From: an uncultured Gemmatimonadales bacterium
GTDB taxonomy: Bacteria; Gemmatimonadota; Gemmatimonadetes; Longimicrobiales; RSA9
Assembly: GCA_963798845.1 (NCBI GenBank)
Contig: CAWCUS010000005.1
Coordinates: forward strand, 320,001 to 384,000
Length of the DNA: 64,000 nucleotides
Direction: 5' to 3'
The notes beneath the pieces were generated by a model that saw nothing but the letters and a program-made list of their open reading frames with translations, was not told the DNA's origin and made no database searches. Shown here in pieces: positions 61,534 through 64,000 of this stretch (position 1 is its first letter; each line of letters opens with the position of its first letter). The position numbers and the translations under genes were made by a program.

Positions 61534-64000
61534 ATGCGCGCTGCCGCCCGATTGATCGCCGCCCCATCGGCTCCCAGCCGAAACACGAGTCCGCCGGTGG
61601 CCGGGACGCCCCGGTGGCCGGGACGCCCCCGGTGGCCGGGACGCCCCCGGGCGCCAGTACGCTCCCCTTGACCAGGACGTTCCCGGTGGCCGGGACGCCC
61701 CCGGGCGCCGGTACGCTCCCCTTGACCAGGACGTTCCCGGTGGCCGGGACGCTCCCGGGCGCCAGGACGCGCCCGGTGGCCGGTACGCTCCCCGTGGCCG
61801 GGACGCTCGCGGTGGCCGGGACACTCCGGGGAACCGGGAAGCGCCTGTTGCCCGCCCGGGTTCTGGTGCTGGCGGCGCTCGCCCCGCTGGGGGCGCCCGG
61901 CGTCGCTTCCCTCGTCGCTGGCTCCTCCGCACCCGCCGCCCGGCCGTTCACCCTGGCCGCCCAGACGGCGCGCGTGCCGGAGCACGACGCCCGGCCGGTG
62001 GCGGTGGCGGTGCGGCTGCCGGCGGGTGCCGAGATCCACATCGACGGGCGGCTGGACGAGGAGGCATGGCAGCGGGCGCCGGCGGTGGACGGGTTCACGC
62101 AGATCGACCCGGACGAGGGAGCGCCGAGTCCGGAGCGCTCGCGGGTGTGGGTGCTGTACGATGACGACGCGCTGTACGTGGGGGCGCGACTGGATGACGA
62201 CGGTGAGATCATCGGGCGCATGGGCCGGCGCGACATGGACCTGGGCGACAGCGACTGGTTCGGCGCGATGCTGGACAGCTACCACGACCACCGGACCGCG
62301 TTCGGCTTCGACGTGAACCCGGCGGGGGTGTGGCGGGACGAAGTGAAGGTGATCGAGGAGGACGACAACTCCTGGGACCCGGTGTGGGAGCGGGCCACGA
62401 CGGTGGATAGCGCCGGGTGGACGGTGGAGTACCGGATCCCGCTCGGCCAGCTGCGCTTCAGCGCGGCGTCGTCGCAGACGTGGGGCGTCCAGTTCGAGCG
62501 GGTCATCGGCAGGCGGCGCGAGTACTCCGTGTCGACGTTCATCCCGAAGAGCGCGCAGGGCGGCGTGCCCGGGTACGGCCACCTGACCGGACTGGACGGG
62601 CTCCGCCCGGGCAGGCACCTGGAGCTGCTGCCGTACGTGGTGGCGCGCACGGAGCACGTGGACCCGGGCGAGGACCCGTTCCGCACGAGCTCGGAGCAGT
62701 CGGCCACGGCGGGCGTCGACCTGAAGTACGGGCTCACTTCGGACCTCACGCTGGACGCCACCCTCAACCCGGACTTCGGGCAGGTGGAGGTGGACCCGGC
62801 CGTGATCAACCTGGGCGTGTACGAGACGCGCTACGCCGAGAAGCGGCCGTTCTTCATCGAGGGGAGCGAGATCTTCGACCTGGAGACCGGCGGAGGCGGC
62901 CAGCTCTTCTACACCCGACGCATCGGCCGCGCGCCGCAGGTCGCGCCGCCGTCGCCGATTGCCGACGTCCCGGCGGCCACGACGATCCTCGGCGCCGGCA
63001 AGCTCTCGGGCCGCACAGCGGGCGGGTGGTCGGTCGGCGTGCTGGAGGCGGTGACCGCGCGCGAGACCGCCCGCTACCGGGTCTCGGACGCTCCGGGCGG
63101 CGCCGACGCGGGGTCGGGCGGCGGGTACGCGGATCTGGCGTCGGTTGCCGAGCCGCTCACCAACTACTTCGTCGGCCGAGTCCGCCGTGACCTGCGGGGC
63201 GGCGCGAGCGCGGTGGGCGCGCTGCTCACGGCCGTGAACCGCGAGACCGGCGACGCGGCCGCGGAAGCCACGCTCCACGCCTCCGCGTACGCGGGCGCCG
63301 TCGACTTCCGGCACGAGTGGGATGGGCGACGGTGGTCGCTCGCGGGGGCGCTCACGGTCAGCCACGTGGTCGGGAGCGCCGCGGCCATCACGCGCACGCA
63401 GCGGCTGTCGAACCACTACTTCCAGCGGCCGGACGCGCCGCACCTGGACGTGGACTCGGCCGCCACGTCCCTCACGGGCGCGTCCGCGTACGTGCGCCTG
63501 AGCCGCCAGGCGGGCGAGCACTGGGTGGGGAGCACGGCCGTGGCCACCACGACCCCCGCCTACGAGATCAACGACCTGGGCTACAACTACCGCACCGACC
63601 GGCGCGACGCCGACCTCAACGTGCGCTACCAGGAGAACCGCCCGGGCGCCGTGCTGCGGAACTGGTACGTGTCCGGCTTCGCGCGCTTCGAGGGGAACTG
63701 GAACGGCGAGCTGATCGCCGACTGGCTCACGCTCCGGTCCGTGGCCAGGACGCTCGGCTACTGGTCGGTGTACGCGGAAGCCAACCACTCCCTGCGCGCC
63801 AACGACGACCGCCTCACCCGCGGCGGACCCATGGCCATCCGGCCGGCGTCCACGGACGGCGGCATCGAGATCTCCTCCGACGGCCGCAAGCCGCTCCAGC
63901 TGCGCACGGACCTCTTCGGCGGCCGCCAGGAGTTCGGCGGCTGGAACGTGGACGCCGCCGTCACCGCCCGCTGGCGCCCGTCGTCCAGCTGGAACCTGAC
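61534..64000 (+). CDS. CBM9-like/DUF5916 outer membrane protein (runs off the window; start uncertain)
   Basis: Frame of 62040: IDGRLDEEAW, WTVEYRIPL.QLRF, LDATLNPDFGQVEVDPAVINL, EKRPFFIEG, FYTRRIGR. ATG 61534 is in frame only if one C is restored in the second 18-bp repeat unit. Confidence 0.85.
61594..61826 (+). repeat. 18-bp tandem repeat x13 (CCGGTGGCCGGGACGCYC) with a 54-bp higher-order duplication
   Basis: Directly visible; encodes PVAGT(P/L) in the frame of the downstream gene. Confidence 0.9.

Overview
High-GC bacterial chromosomal window. The gene content (SusC-like TonB receptor, ADOP permease, DUF5916 proteins, VPS10/BNR protein, many secreted peptidases and hydrolases) suggests Gemmatimonadota, but that is an inference. 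Four regions stand out. (1) A lower-GC, minus-strand integron cassette array at about 39.6-42.2 kb: an attI-like site, two intact ~155-bp attC sites, and cassettes for Mrr, an addiction-module/RelE-ParE toxin-antitoxin pair and a ClbS/DfsB protein, with no integrase in the window. The third attC is cut by an IS110/IS1111-family remnant. Its 3' non-coding end contains short matches to both the attC target flank and its own right end, making it a candidate attC-programmed bridge/seekRNA. (2) An apparent operon of PhoD-family phosphoesterase, TorF-like beta-barrel, neutral ceramidase and an orphan contractile tail-sheath gene, followed by tRNA-Ser(TGA). (3) A TetR-led operon with a non-canonical KAS III, sodium:solute symporter, acyl-CoA ligase, MaoC, lipoprotein, putative porin and alpha/beta hydrolase. 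(4) A MacAB-TolC operon with a sigma-54 two-component system, next to a 1.3-kb stretch of three different tandem repeats. Several genes carry single-base indels that most likely reflect sequencing error. All product calls come from motif recognition, not database searches.
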